From NCBI GenBank assembly GCA_019058015.1, contig JAHLWH010000066.1, forward strand, positions 1 to 50,406: a stretch of 50,406 nt of DNA, read 5' to 3'. The notes under the pieces are model-generated. The model did no database searches, was not told where the DNA came from, and saw only the letters and a list, made by a program, of their open reading frames with translations. The position numbers and the translations under genes were made by a program. Below are positions 19,280-28,806 of the stretch, piece after piece (within the stretch, counting starts at the first letter, position 1; each line of letters starts with the position of its first letter). Source of the stretch: Promethearchaeota archaeon (GTDB lineage: Archaea > Asgardarchaeota > Lokiarchaeia > Sigyniarchaeales > SOKP01).

Positions 19280-19597
19280 ACTATTACCTTCCTCTAACTT
19301 TATAAATAGTTATTTCTATTAGTAATAAATATCAATTATACAATTTGATTATATATAATTCCCAAATTTCATAAGTTTTTTTATCTAATAACTCGTTCAA
19401 TTAAAATTAACCTTTTTTTTTGTAATTTCTAAACTTATAAATTATATATTCTATGTACAAAAAAAGATTTGTACGTGTTATAAAATCGGAATTATGTAAA
19501 CACAACAATTTTTTAATATAAAAAAATATATTTTATAATAGTCAAGCCAATAAAAATTTTTATAAGGGAGTACTTCAGCAGGGTTAAGGACTTATTT

Positions 19598-19723
19598 ATG
19601 CCAAAGGACAATTCAAATTATATTTCAGAGTCAGATTTTTATGAAAATCTTCATAAATATCTCTCCTCTAAAAAAAAAGAGAGAAAAAAAAATATGGAGA
19701 TAAAAAAAAAGGAAAGGAAATAA
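19598..19723 (+). CDS. Possible small basic protein (41 aa)
   Basis: MPKDNSNYISESDFYENLHKYLSSKKKERKKNMEIKKKERK, with AAGGA upstream. No homology recognised. Confidence 0.25.
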   Translation: MPKDNSNYISESDFYENLHKYLSSKKKERKKNMEIKKKERK

Positions 19724-19803
19724 ATTTAAGATTCATTTAAATCGAATTTTTTAAAAAAGAGAATTACCTAAATATATGTCAATTCTGTTCTCTTAAACTA
19801 AAT

Positions 19804-19870
19804 TATTAGTTCTAAAGTTATTTCTACATTCTTCTTTGTATGAACCATGATCCCCGAAAATGGTTCCAAT
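19804..19870 (-). repeat. Diverged copy of an internal segment of the GH57-like gene (23125..23192)
   Basis: Encodes FGDHGSYKEECRNNFRTN versus FGDHGSRKEKCRNSFRIN. The nucleotides are clearly alignable. Confidence 0.85.
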
Positions 19871-20564
19871 AAAAGTACTGTTCAATAGAAAACCTATTTC
19901 TAGAGTAGATACCATTAAACCGATTTTAAATCTAGAAGTATTCATATAGATTCTTGCTAAGAGTGGAATGAAAAATGTTAAATAAAAGAATCCTAAAATA
20001 TTGAGACATACTACGTTAATCATAGTATAGAAGTCTTCTGTGAATTGTTCATCTTCATTTGAAATCGGATATCACATTAAGGTCGATTTCTGGGTTATAA
20101 TAAACTTTAAAATCTTAAAAAAAGCTCTTGCATCTCTAATTCTAAAGGAATTTCTAGTTCTGTTAGGATACTTGCAATGGTCTTTGACTATCTTCAGGTG
20201 TCCAACAACGATCCCCCATTTAAATTTTCCATTTCTATCATAGGGAATGGTATAAGCCTTAATCGTTAGAAACCCTTTAACTTTCTTTAATGGTTTAGGT
20301 AATATTTTTTTAGGATTTCAGGTTCTTCAGAAATATCACAAAAGGAGATCCCTTATTGTAAAACATCATGCGATATTTGTTCGAAATTAAATTAGTAAGG
20401 AAAATATTGAGAAAATTTTTAGGGCTTTTAATGTCTTTAATGAAAAAACTATAAAGGATTAATTTTTTTTTTCATTTAACTTTTAAGGAAATATCCCAAA
20501 ACTTTTAATTCTCTAAAACTTTTAATTCTTCGAAGAATTCGCAACTCGTAGAAAATGCTTTCTC

Positions 20565-20750
20565 ACTAAAGAATACAAATATAGTTTGAGGGAAATTCTA
20601 TCTTATCTAGTTATTAAGTTTCAAGAGGTTATTCGTAACAACTTTAATTTTAGGAATTACTTAATCGATACTTTCTCTCACGTTACCGCTGTTTCTCGGG
20701 CTAATTGTCGATATTATCATGAATTCATCAATACCCTTGGAGAATCATAC
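20565..20750 (+). pseudogene. Decayed 5' fragment of an ABC exporter (ABCB/MsbA-like first TM helix), left flank
   Basis: Reads EYKYSLREILSYL/(frameshift)FKRLFVTTLILGIT*SILSLTLPLFLGLIVDIIMNSSIPLEN. Homologous to 34005..34200. Confidence 0.62.
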
Positions 20751-20900
20751 TTTTCTACCATCCAAATCATGTCTTTTGGGTAATTGGACAAAATTAAAAC
20801 CGGAGACCTCATAAGTAGAGAAAAAATGTTCGGAAAATTAATATATAAAGAATTTTTTTAAAATCATAGCTTATCACAGTTCTACTAATCACTCCGTATT

Positions 20901-22334
20901 CTAAACCAAATATTTATCACTTGTAATTATATGAGGATAAATAATAGAAATTCTATTGTCTTGTCCTAGAATTTTATAGATTGCTTCTTTACTATTTTGC
21001 CATAAAAAGAAAAGTTGTTTTAAATTAAGCCCTTTTGGTATAAATGGAGGCTTTTTAACACCACTTTGTCTATATAACTGCCAATTTTTTGATATTTTTT
21101 CCACATTAGAATTATAAATTTCTGAACCCGGGTAGGGTATCATTATGGCTACTCCAGCTGAATTAGGTTTTAATTTCTTTACGAGATTAATAGTGTTTTG
21201 TAGTGTTATTCTATTTTCACCGGGATTTCCAACAATTAAGCTATAATTCACATAAATATCAATAGACTTTGCTAACTTTGTCGCAGTTTTTATCTGTTCA
21301 ATAGTTATATTTTTTTTTAAATTCTTTAATATCTGAGGATCACCAGATTCTACTCCAAAACTCATATACTTACATCCTGCTTTTTTCATTAATATTAATA
21401 ATTCTTTATCTACACAATCAACTCTAGTTTGGCATCCCCATATTATATCTAATCTGTTTTTGATAATTTTTTTGCATAATTCTATAACCCTTTTTTTGTT
21501 TAAAGTGAAGATATCATCTTGGAACTTAAAATATGAAGTATTGTATTCATCTTTGACTGATATTATTTCATCTATTACATTAGAAGCACTACGTTCTCTA
21601 AAACTTCTGCCATGAACACTGGATACACAGCAATATATGCAATTATATGGACAGCCTCGAGAAGAAATTAAACTACCTTCTGAACATTCGTGACTTCCAA
21701 TTGAATGTAAAAATCTATTATAATGTTTAATCGGTGCTAAACTTCTTTCTGGATATGGCAATAAATCTAAATCACTTATTAAAGGTCGAGAGGGAGTTAC
21801 TATGGTTTTGTCATTATTTCTATAAGCAATTCCTTTAATGTTTGATAATTCATAATTTCCTTTATTATACATAAGAATTTCTTCCATTGTAAGTTCTCCT
21901 TCTCGGATTACAACTATGTCGCATCCATTAATAAGATCTAATGTCTTTTTAGGAAGTGAAGAGGCATGATAACCTCCTAAAATAATTAAACTATCTGGAG
22001 AATGCTTTTTTATTTTTTTTACAATTTTCTGTATATTATAAATTGAAGAAGTAAAGGAACAAGACAATCCAATTATGGGTGCTTTGAATCTAACTATTTC
22101 TTCAATAAAATCTCTTATTGGGAAATTGTACCTTATTATTTCCGAATGTTCTTTATTGAATAATTTAATTATATCAATTGGAACATATTTAATATATCCG
22201 TCTAAATAGCCTACTCTATAACCTTTATTTAATAAATAACTAGCAATATACATTAAACCTAAAGATGGAGTTAAAGCATCTGGTAGTTGAATCTCTGCGG
22301 GTACATCAACTAATAAGAGATCTATGTTTTTCAT
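20901..22334 (-). CDS. Cobalamin-binding (class B) radical SAM protein
   Basis: PSLGLMYIAS and ILGGYHAS B12-binding domain, SSRGCPYNCIYC, FQDDIF and FGVESG. Confidence 0.92.
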   Translation of the reverse strand: MKNIDLLLVDVPAEIQLPDALTPSLGLMYIASYLLNKGYRVGYLDGYIKYVPIDIIKLFNKEHSEIIRYNFPIRDFIEEIVRFKAPIIGLSCSFTSSIYNIQKIVKKIKKHSPDSLIILGGYHASSLPKKTLDLINGCDIVVIREGELTMEEILMYNKGNYELSNIKGIAYRNNDKTIVTPSRPLISDLDLLPYPERSLAPIKHYNRFLHSIGSHECSEGSLISSRGCPYNCIYCCVSSVHGRSFRERSASNVIDEIISVKDEYNTSYFKFQDDIFTLNKKRVIELCKKIIKNRLDIIWGCQTRVDCVDKELLILMKKAGCKYMSFGVESGDPQILKNLKKNITIEQIKTATKLAKSIDIYVNYSLIVGNPGENRITLQNTINLVKKLKPNSAGVAIMIPYPGSEIYNSNVEKISKNWQLYRQSGVKKPPFIPKGLNLKQLFFLWQNSKEAIYKILGQDNRISIIYPHIITSDKYLV

Positions 22335-22345
22335 TAAAAACTACC

Positions 22346-24928
22346 CTATTTGGGATTCTTTACTTTTTTAATATTCAATAAACTAATCGATTGTGGGTTT
22401 CCGCAAGTTCTATTAAAATTTTCATCTAAATCATAATTTATATTAAATCCAAATTTCTGGTTATTACTTTTAGACAAAATTAGATGAGGTTGTATTTTTA
22501 TTCCTCCTGTATGATAATTTAAAAGTGAATTTTCATTCAAGAATACACTTCTATAGAAATGTTTAATAGCAGGAGAAATTTCGATTTTTTTTAAACTATT
22601 AATACAATCTTCTTTTAAATTAATTGAAATCTTTGGATTTCGAATTTTATTATTACTTTCAACGATCTTAGGCATGATAAATATTGATTTACAAGGTTCC
22701 ATTCTTATATTTTTAATTATTGATTTCTTAAACTTCAATTTGTTATCAATTAATTCCAAGCAAGAAGTCTCAATCTCATATAGTGTTTTATAATTTGAGA
22801 TATTAAATAATCTAAAGTCAATATAATATTCTGGAGTGAAATCTAAACCATTAGAAGGTAATAGAGTAAACACTAATTCCGGAATTATTATAATATTTTC
22901 TTGTATATTATCATTATTTAATAATTCTACTTCCAAATCGATATTTAATTCGGATTTATCTAAATAAAAATGTTTTTTTAATAGGAAATTAAAATTCTTA
23001 TTTTTATATTTAAAGTTCTTCTTACATTTCAAATTAATACTTAAATTATCTTTTTTGTCAATAATAAATAAAGAATCTGAAAAATTACCTAAATATGTGC
23101 TAATTCCGTTCTCTTCAATTGAAATATTAATTCTAAAGCTATTTCTACATTTTTCTTTGCGAGAACCGTGATCCCCGAAATTGGTTTCCAATTCTGAATC
23201 TGGTTCCGTAAAACAGATATTCGTAGATAGATTTTCAGTACTTCTATCAATTTGTTTATAATTAATTATAGGACTTAATAATGACAAAATCTCATTATCA
23301 TTGGATTTAATTAATTTAGTGCTACGAATTTGATGGAAAATAATATGAGAACCTTTCAAACTGATAATAACTTTTTGAAAAATATTTTGAAGAAGTATTT
23401 CTTTCAATCCATTTTTATTCCAATCGATTAATTTAATCATATCAAAACAATGATTTTGGTTTAAATGATCCAACATTCTAAAACAAAGAAATTCAGCAAT
23501 ATCAAGAAAAGATAGAGCCATAGAATCTAAGTGGGGTTGGTTACCAAAGTTCGGATGTCTAGTTGCCCATTTACCATCTTCAATATAGGACATATTTCTA
23601 AGTCGATTTATAACATGATATAATTTAGATACAATTGGATTTTCAAAAGTTTTTGCAATTTCTTTTATTAAATAGAATCTATCTGGGGAATATAAAAGAT
23701 TTGAAAATATATTCACACCTATATCTTTAACTTTTGAAGAATAAGAAAACTCTCTTTTAAGTTTTTTAATAAATAGAGTATCTATACGGTTTTGAAGGTT
23801 CTCTAGATAAAGTGTTTGACAATATACTTTCCTAAGTTTAGGATCAGAAAAAATTAAACCTCTAATCCCTCTGTTTGCGGACCAGTTTTTAAATTCAGGA
23901 TAGGAATTACTTATTTTAATTGGATAAGTATCTAAGAAACCTTGTTCATGAAAATATGATCGCAAAGTGGTTAAATTCAGACTTTTATTTTTTATAATGA
24001 GTTTGAATAGATCCTTCAACCAAATTAAATCCTCTTTAGGTTCACCACTCCATTGACCTAATCGTTCCGCATCACTAAAAATTAAAATAATTGGCTTTAT
24101 ATTATTCCCCAATTTCTTGGAATACTTTAAGATTTTCTTTTTTTCATTGAGAATTAAATTAAGATAATCTAATGGCGTAATACTGATATCATTTTGATTT
24201 CTCTTTTTTCTCTTAAGTAAATAATAACGATATTTACTATGCATTGGAATTGTATAAATTGGCATTCCTTCAATCTCATCCTTAAAAATAAAATTTAAAC
24301 CTTCATTCGGAATAAATGGAATGACTGTTCTATGAACTGGATCCCTAATATTAAAATATTTATAATAAAGATCCATCGAATCTCCAGGTTTGACGGCGTA
24401 CGATTCAAAATAAGTCTCAGCGTCTAAATATATTAAGGGTGTTAAATCTAAAAATTTTGAGGCATGAGCTATTTTTTGAGCAAGTCTTGCACTTAATTCT
24501 CGTTCAACAACGTGAATTCCAAACAACTCTTTAGGATTCACCTTAAAAATTTTCCTAAAAAGATCTAAATAACTCTTTAATTGAAAAAGAATGTCATCAG
24601 GTCGAGATGATAATTGAACAAAAGCTTCATCTACGAATCCAGCAATTAAATTAATCTTAGGATTATTAATTAGTTTTTTAATTATTTCGATATGATTTCG
24701 ATTATTTTGATATACTCGAATTAAAAATGGACCAGAAAAATGTATATTAATATAGAAATGGGGATTTGAAATCATTTCTGAAAGTAGGTTAAACCATGGT
24801 TGATATGATTTTGAATAAATTTTCTTCCATATTTTATATGGTTGCCAATACGGTTGATGAAAGTGAAATATAAAACAGATATTAACGACTTCATCAATTT
24901 CATAATTTGATTTTTCATCAAATTTCAT
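22346..24928 (-). CDS. Divergent glycoside hydrolase family 57 protein (4-alpha-glucanotransferase/AmyA-like architecture)
   Basis: FHFHQP (CSR-1), HFSGP, VVERE (nucleophile Glu), SDAERLGQW (acid/base Asp), SYPEFKNW, and DWNKNGLKEILLQN starting the C-terminal beta domain. Confidence 0.78.
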   Translation of the reverse strand: MKFDEKSNYEIDEVVNICFIFHFHQPYWQPYKIWKKIYSKSYQPWFNLLSEMISNPHFYINIHFSGPFLIRVYQNNRNHIEIIKKLINNPKINLIAGFVDEAFVQLSSRPDDILFQLKSYLDLFRKIFKVNPKELFGIHVVERELSARLAQKIAHASKFLDLTPLIYLDAETYFESYAVKPGDSMDLYYKYFNIRDPVHRTVIPFIPNEGLNFIFKDEIEGMPIYTIPMHSKYRYYLLKRKKRNQNDISITPLDYLNLILNEKKKILKYSKKLGNNIKPIILIFSDAERLGQWSGEPKEDLIWLKDLFKLIIKNKSLNLTTLRSYFHEQGFLDTYPIKISNSYPEFKNWSANRGIRGLIFSDPKLRKVYCQTLYLENLQNRIDTLFIKKLKREFSYSSKVKDIGVNIFSNLLYSPDRFYLIKEIAKTFENPIVSKLYHVINRLRNMSYIEDGKWATRHPNFGNQPHLDSMALSFLDIAEFLCFRMLDHLNQNHCFDMIKLIDWNKNGLKEILLQNIFQKVIISLKGSHIIFHQIRSTKLIKSNDNEILSLLSPIINYKQIDRSTENLSTNICFTEPDSELETNFGDHGSRKEKCRNSFRINISIEENGISTYLGNFSDSLFIIDKKDNLSINLKCKKNFKYKNKNFNFLLKKHFYLDKSELNIDLEVELLNNDNIQENIIIIPELVFTLLPSNGLDFTPEYYIDFRLFNISNYKTLYEIETSCLELIDNKLKFKKSIIKNIRMEPCKSIFIMPKIVESNNKIRNPKISINLKEDCINSLKKIEISPAIKHFYRSVFLNENSLLNYHTGGIKIQPHLILSKSNNQKFGFNINYDLDENFNRTCGNPQSISLLNIKKVKNPK

Positions 24929-24932
24929 CTTT

Positions 24933-25910
24933 TTACTCTCTTTTCTTTTTGGGAAATGATATATTATGTATTTTTCTTGTAATTATTAAAATCTCATTAT
25001 CTTTAAAACGTGGAGAAACTGTATAAGGAAGAATATAATACATTAATTTTTGAGGTAAGCGAAATACAATCCTATTAAGAATTTTAGCGAAGAATAAATG
25101 GAAAATTAGGTGTAAATATTTTGTAATTTTCCCAGAAATTGGATAATCTGGAAGGAGAAGTGTTTTTATAGGGGTGAAACCTGATTTTTTTAAGGTTAAA
25201 AGAAGGGAATTTCGAGTAAAATAGTGTAAGTGTAAATCTGGGTCTAATGGTTCATAACGGCGACCAAATAATCTTGCACATATACTTTCCAAATTGGGTG
25301 TAGTAATGAGTAAAAATCCTTTATCAATTAACAGTTTGTTAGCTGCCTGAAGATTGGTAATTGGATCAGTCAAATGTTCAATAATATCAAACATTAGAAT
25401 GATATCAAATTTATTATGATAATTTGGATCTGAGCTTAAGTCTTTTACTGAACATTCCTTTACATTAAGCTGATACTTTTTTGTAGCATAATTAATTGCC
25501 CATTTGGAAATGTCTATTCCTTCACATTCAAATCCAAGTTCTTTAGCTGCTAGAATCGCAAATCCAACAGCACATCCTATATCTAATATTTTAATTTGCT
25601 CTCCCTTAACTGGTTTTACAAATTCGAAAAATCTATTAAATATCCATGAAAACTTCTCTTTTCTCCATTCTTCTTTAGGATAATTATTGAAAAAGGCACG
25701 TTCATTTGGATTCACAAAATATTTTTTACTTGAGTAAATTTCCTTTAAAAATTTAAATTTTAGTCTTGGTCTTGCATACATATGAGAGCATTTAAGGCAA
25801 GATATGATTTTTTTATTTGAGGGGTATTTAAATCTTATATTAAATGACTCTGATGAACAAATTGGACAGTGTGTAATTATTTCTCTTCTTTTAATCGTAT
25901 TTTCACGCAT
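24933..25910 (-). CDS. Class I SAM-dependent methyltransferase with N-terminal zinc-binding motif
   Basis: CPIC...CLKC, ILDIGCAVG, FDIIEHL, ITTPN and HLHYFT. Confidence 0.9.
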   Translation of the reverse strand: MRENTIKRREIITHCPICSSESFNIRFKYPSNKKIISCLKCSHMYARPRLKFKFLKEIYSSKKYFVNPNERAFFNNYPKEEWRKEKFSWIFNRFFEFVKPVKGEQIKILDIGCAVGFAILAAKELGFECEGIDISKWAINYATKKYQLNVKECSVKDLSSDPNYHNKFDIILMFDIIEHLTDPITNLQAANKLLIDKGFLLITTPNLESICARLFGRRYEPLDPDLHLHYFTRNSLLLTLKKSGFTPIKTLLLPDYPISGKITKYLHLIFHLFFAKILNRIVFRLPQKLMYYILPYTVSPRFKDNEILIITRKIHNISFPKKKRE

Positions 25911-25942
25911 GGTTATTTAAATCTTGATCCTTTTTCCTAAGA

Positions 25943-26839
25943 TTATTTCCCAGGAGGTTCCTTAACAGCAAGAATGCAATTTCGACAAATGAAATTTAAT
26001 GGTGCTTCTTCAATTCCATCAGTCCAATGTCTAAATTTCCAGTTTTTTTTAGAATTCCATAGTTCTTTTAAGGTGTGATGTTCGATGTTTCCGATAATCC
26101 ATTCATTTAACCAATCATTACAGCAAAATGAAACGTTCCCATCATAAAAAATGAAAAACCATTCATATAACCACATCTCAGAATAGCATCCATTAAGGTT
26201 TGATACATATATACCTTGTTCAAAATTAAAAGAACTATTATATGGAACATTTCCCGCTCTATTATGACCTGGCCAAAATTCCATTGAAACCCAATTATAT
26301 TTATTTTTTATTGATAAGGCATTACTTTTTTCATGATCTGGAATATCAACTGAAATAATTGAAACATTAGGCTTTTTATCTTCATTTTCTGCAATGCTTA
26401 AGAAAAAGTTAACATTTTTCAAGATTTTTTCATAATTTAATCCCATGTATTCTCGACAAGAGTTTATATCATGCCTGTGAATACTGAATGTCATTGAAGC
26501 GATATTCAAATTCAATAGTTTCTGTGATATTTTAGGGGAACATAATAAACCATTTGAACTGAAATGAATATTAACACTAGGAAGTTTATTTCTAACATAT
26601 TCTAGGTAATCAATAATATTGGGGTCTAAAAGGGGTTCACCTCTAATAAAGGGAAAAATATCCTTAATAGGATGATTTGAAGCTTCATCAATAATATTCT
26701 TAAACATCTTTGGTTCCATTACACCTCCAGTTTTTAAACGTGGAGTAGGACAACATAGACATTTAGCATTGCAATCAAAAATTGTTTCTATTGAAAGGCG
26801 CTCAGGAAAATGAAGAATTAGATCTTTTTTTTTTTTCAT
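25943..26839 (-). CDS. Radical SAM / SPASM(twitch) domain protein
   Basis: CNAKCLCC, RGEPLLD, SSNG, DGNVSFCCND...IGNI and CRNC. Confidence 0.88.
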   Translation of the reverse strand: MKKKKDLILHFPERLSIETIFDCNAKCLCCPTPRLKTGGVMEPKMFKNIIDEASNHPIKDIFPFIRGEPLLDPNIIDYLEYVRNKLPSVNIHFSSNGLLCSPKISQKLLNLNIASMTFSIHRHDINSCREYMGLNYEKILKNVNFFLSIAENEDKKPNVSIISVDIPDHEKSNALSIKNKYNWVSMEFWPGHNRAGNVPYNSSFNFEQGIYVSNLNGCYSEMWLYEWFFIFYDGNVSFCCNDWLNEWIIGNIEHHTLKELWNSKKNWKFRHWTDGIEEAPLNFICRNCILAVKEPPGK

Positions 26840-26890
26840 AAATTAATAACTCTATTATCTTAGGAATAATATTAGTTTTATTTTTATTTT

Positions 26891-27715
26891 TTATTTTTTT
26901 ACTGAATAAATAATTCCACAAAGATCATCAATCTCTAATGAGAAAGTATTATACCCTTTTTTTTTTAGTAATTCAATTATTTCACCATGTTGATGATTTT
27001 CTGTGAAATCATGATATTCTAAAAAAATTCGTTCAATTCTCTCAAAATATTTATTGGGTAATCCAAAAAGTATCTTATATTCTGCCCCTTCAGTATCTAT
27101 CTTAAGAAGGTCACACTTATGAATTTTATTCTCAATTATTACATCCTCTAGAGTTATTGCCTTAAAATCCATATAGTCCTTGCTTTTTTTGAATATTGAA
27201 TGAGTTGCCATATTCTCATTAGAAAGAAAGATTCTTAAATTTTCTTGCTCGTCTGAGATTGCTGAATCTAATGGAATGATTTTAGCTCCTAGAGAATTTA
27301 AATTTATATTTTTTTTCAATAAATAATAATTACTTGTAACGGGCTCATAAGCATATATCTTTTTGCTCATTTTCGAACAATATATTGAAAATATTCCAAT
27401 GTGTGCTCCAATGTCAATGATAATAGAATGATCTGGTAATATAAAGTAATTTAATCGGTATTCATCTTCTAAATGAATCTCCCTAATAACGGCTCTATCG
27501 AAAGTTCTTGCTCTAAATAAGTATTTCATACCATTTCTCATATTAAATTGATAAATGTAGTTTTCCTTCGTCAAAAAAAGGGAATCCAATATGTAAATTG
27601 GCCAATTCTTAATATATTTAATAGATTTTAAGAGGATATCAAATCCTCTTTTATTTATTTTAGATTTTATCTTTTTTATGATTTTTATGATTTTTTTCAA
27701 TAGTTTCACAATCAT
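26891..27715 (-). CDS. FkbM family methyltransferase
   Basis: IIDIGAHIG, YAYEP, LLKIDTEGAEY and LEYH. Confidence 0.92.
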   Translation of the reverse strand: MIVKLLKKIIKIIKKIKSKINKRGFDILLKSIKYIKNWPIYILDSLFLTKENYIYQFNMRNGMKYLFRARTFDRAVIREIHLEDEYRLNYFILPDHSIIIDIGAHIGIFSIYCSKMSKKIYAYEPVTSNYYLLKKNINLNSLGAKIIPLDSAISDEQENLRIFLSNENMATHSIFKKSKDYMDFKAITLEDVIIENKIHKCDLLKIDTEGAEYKILFGLPNKYFERIERIFLEYHDFTENHQHGEIIELLKKKGYNTFSLEIDDLCGIIYSVKK

Positions 27716-27738
27716 CCATTTCTTGATTGTATATAAGC

Positions 27739-28806
27739 TTATTTGTTTAATCCATAGAAAAGAGCTATTTTTTTTAACTGTTGAATATTTTTATTACAAT
27801 ATTTTTTATATCTCTCACTGGTTAATAAAAGATTTAAGTATTTCCGACCAGTATCTTGCATTTCATCTACATATTGTGCAATTAGACTAATACGGATTAA
27901 CCATTCTGGAGGTGGAACTTCTTTCCAATTGATTATTTTTTCTAAGGTATGGATAGCAAGTTCAAATTGATTCCGAATCTCGTATTCTAATGCAATCCGA
28001 AAAACAGTATTTAATACGTCAATATCATTTTTGGCCCACCTTTCCACATTTCTTAATAGGGCATTTACACGGGATTTTTCATTTTCAATTGGCACTGCAA
28101 AAGTTTTGTCAATTCCGTGATATGTAGCTAAATTTCCTAGATTACTTTCATCACTTGATTCAACCAAACACATTGTTGAATCGTAAATATCACTTGGAAC
28201 GATGAAAGGCTTATCGGGATGATAGTCTCTTGGAAAAATATAGCGCCAAGGGAGGAGAGTAAATGGAGCTATTAAATTCCTCGACACAAAAAAAGGACCA
28301 CCCCTCTGAGATACTGGAAGGTACATTTTTTGAGTCCAATATTGACCATAAATATTTATCAAATGCTTAATATTTGGATGATCTACAGAACTAGCAATAA
28401 ATGCTGTGGAGGCCACTAATGAGTCCCAAGCGGGAACCCATCCACTAGGTACATCTTGGCACAATATAAAACCACTATGAGGGGATTCAATTATATCTAG
28501 AAAAATTTCTGGTTTTTTCAGATGAACGTCACAATCTAAATAAACTCCTCCATAATTTGCAAGAATTTCTAAGCGTAATAAATCACTTCTGCCGTGGTAT
28601 GTAATATCTGATAAATATATATCCCAATTTAACCATTGATTTTTTCCTATTTCTTCAATTTCTTTCTCAGACCATAAATTATAATCCCAATCATTTTCCT
28701 TACAAAATGTCTTCCACGATTCCATGGCATGAATTGGAGGAGGTCGTGGACCAACCCAAATTTGGTGGATTTTATGAGGTATCATTGTATTATAGGAAGG
28801 ACTCAA
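27739..28806 (-). CDS. GT32-type (DXD) glycosyltransferase with C-terminal TPR-like helical domain
   Basis: IPHKIHQIW, SDLLRLEILANYGGVYLDCD and GGP, followed by a helical C-terminal extension. Confidence 0.85.
   Translation of the reverse strand: MSPSYNTMIPHKIHQIWVGPRPPPIHAMESWKTFCKENDWDYNLWSEKEIEEIGKNQWLNWDIYLSDITYHGRSDLLRLEILANYGGVYLDCDVHLKKPEIFLDIIESPHSGFILCQDVPSGWVPAWDSLVASTAFIASSVDHPNIKHLINIYGQYWTQKMYLPVSQRGGPFFVSRNLIAPFTLLPWRYIFPRDYHPDKPFIVPSDIYDSTMCLVESSDESNLGNLATYHGIDKTFAVPIENEKSRVNALLRNVERWAKNDIDVLNTVFRIALEYEIRNQFELAIHTLEKIINWKEVPPPEWLIRISLIAQYVDEMQDTGRKYLNLLLTSERYKKYCNKNIQQLKKIALFYGLNK

Noticed and set aside
19065-19322. Plus-strand 85-aa ORF
   Set aside because: It is antisense to the true 5' end of the radical SAM gene.
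19793-20783. Track ORFs 19793-20023, 20040-20243 and 20586-20783 as intact genes
   Set aside because: They are better explained as chimeric or out-of-frame readings of pseudogene fragments (GH57 piece, ABC-exporter piece).
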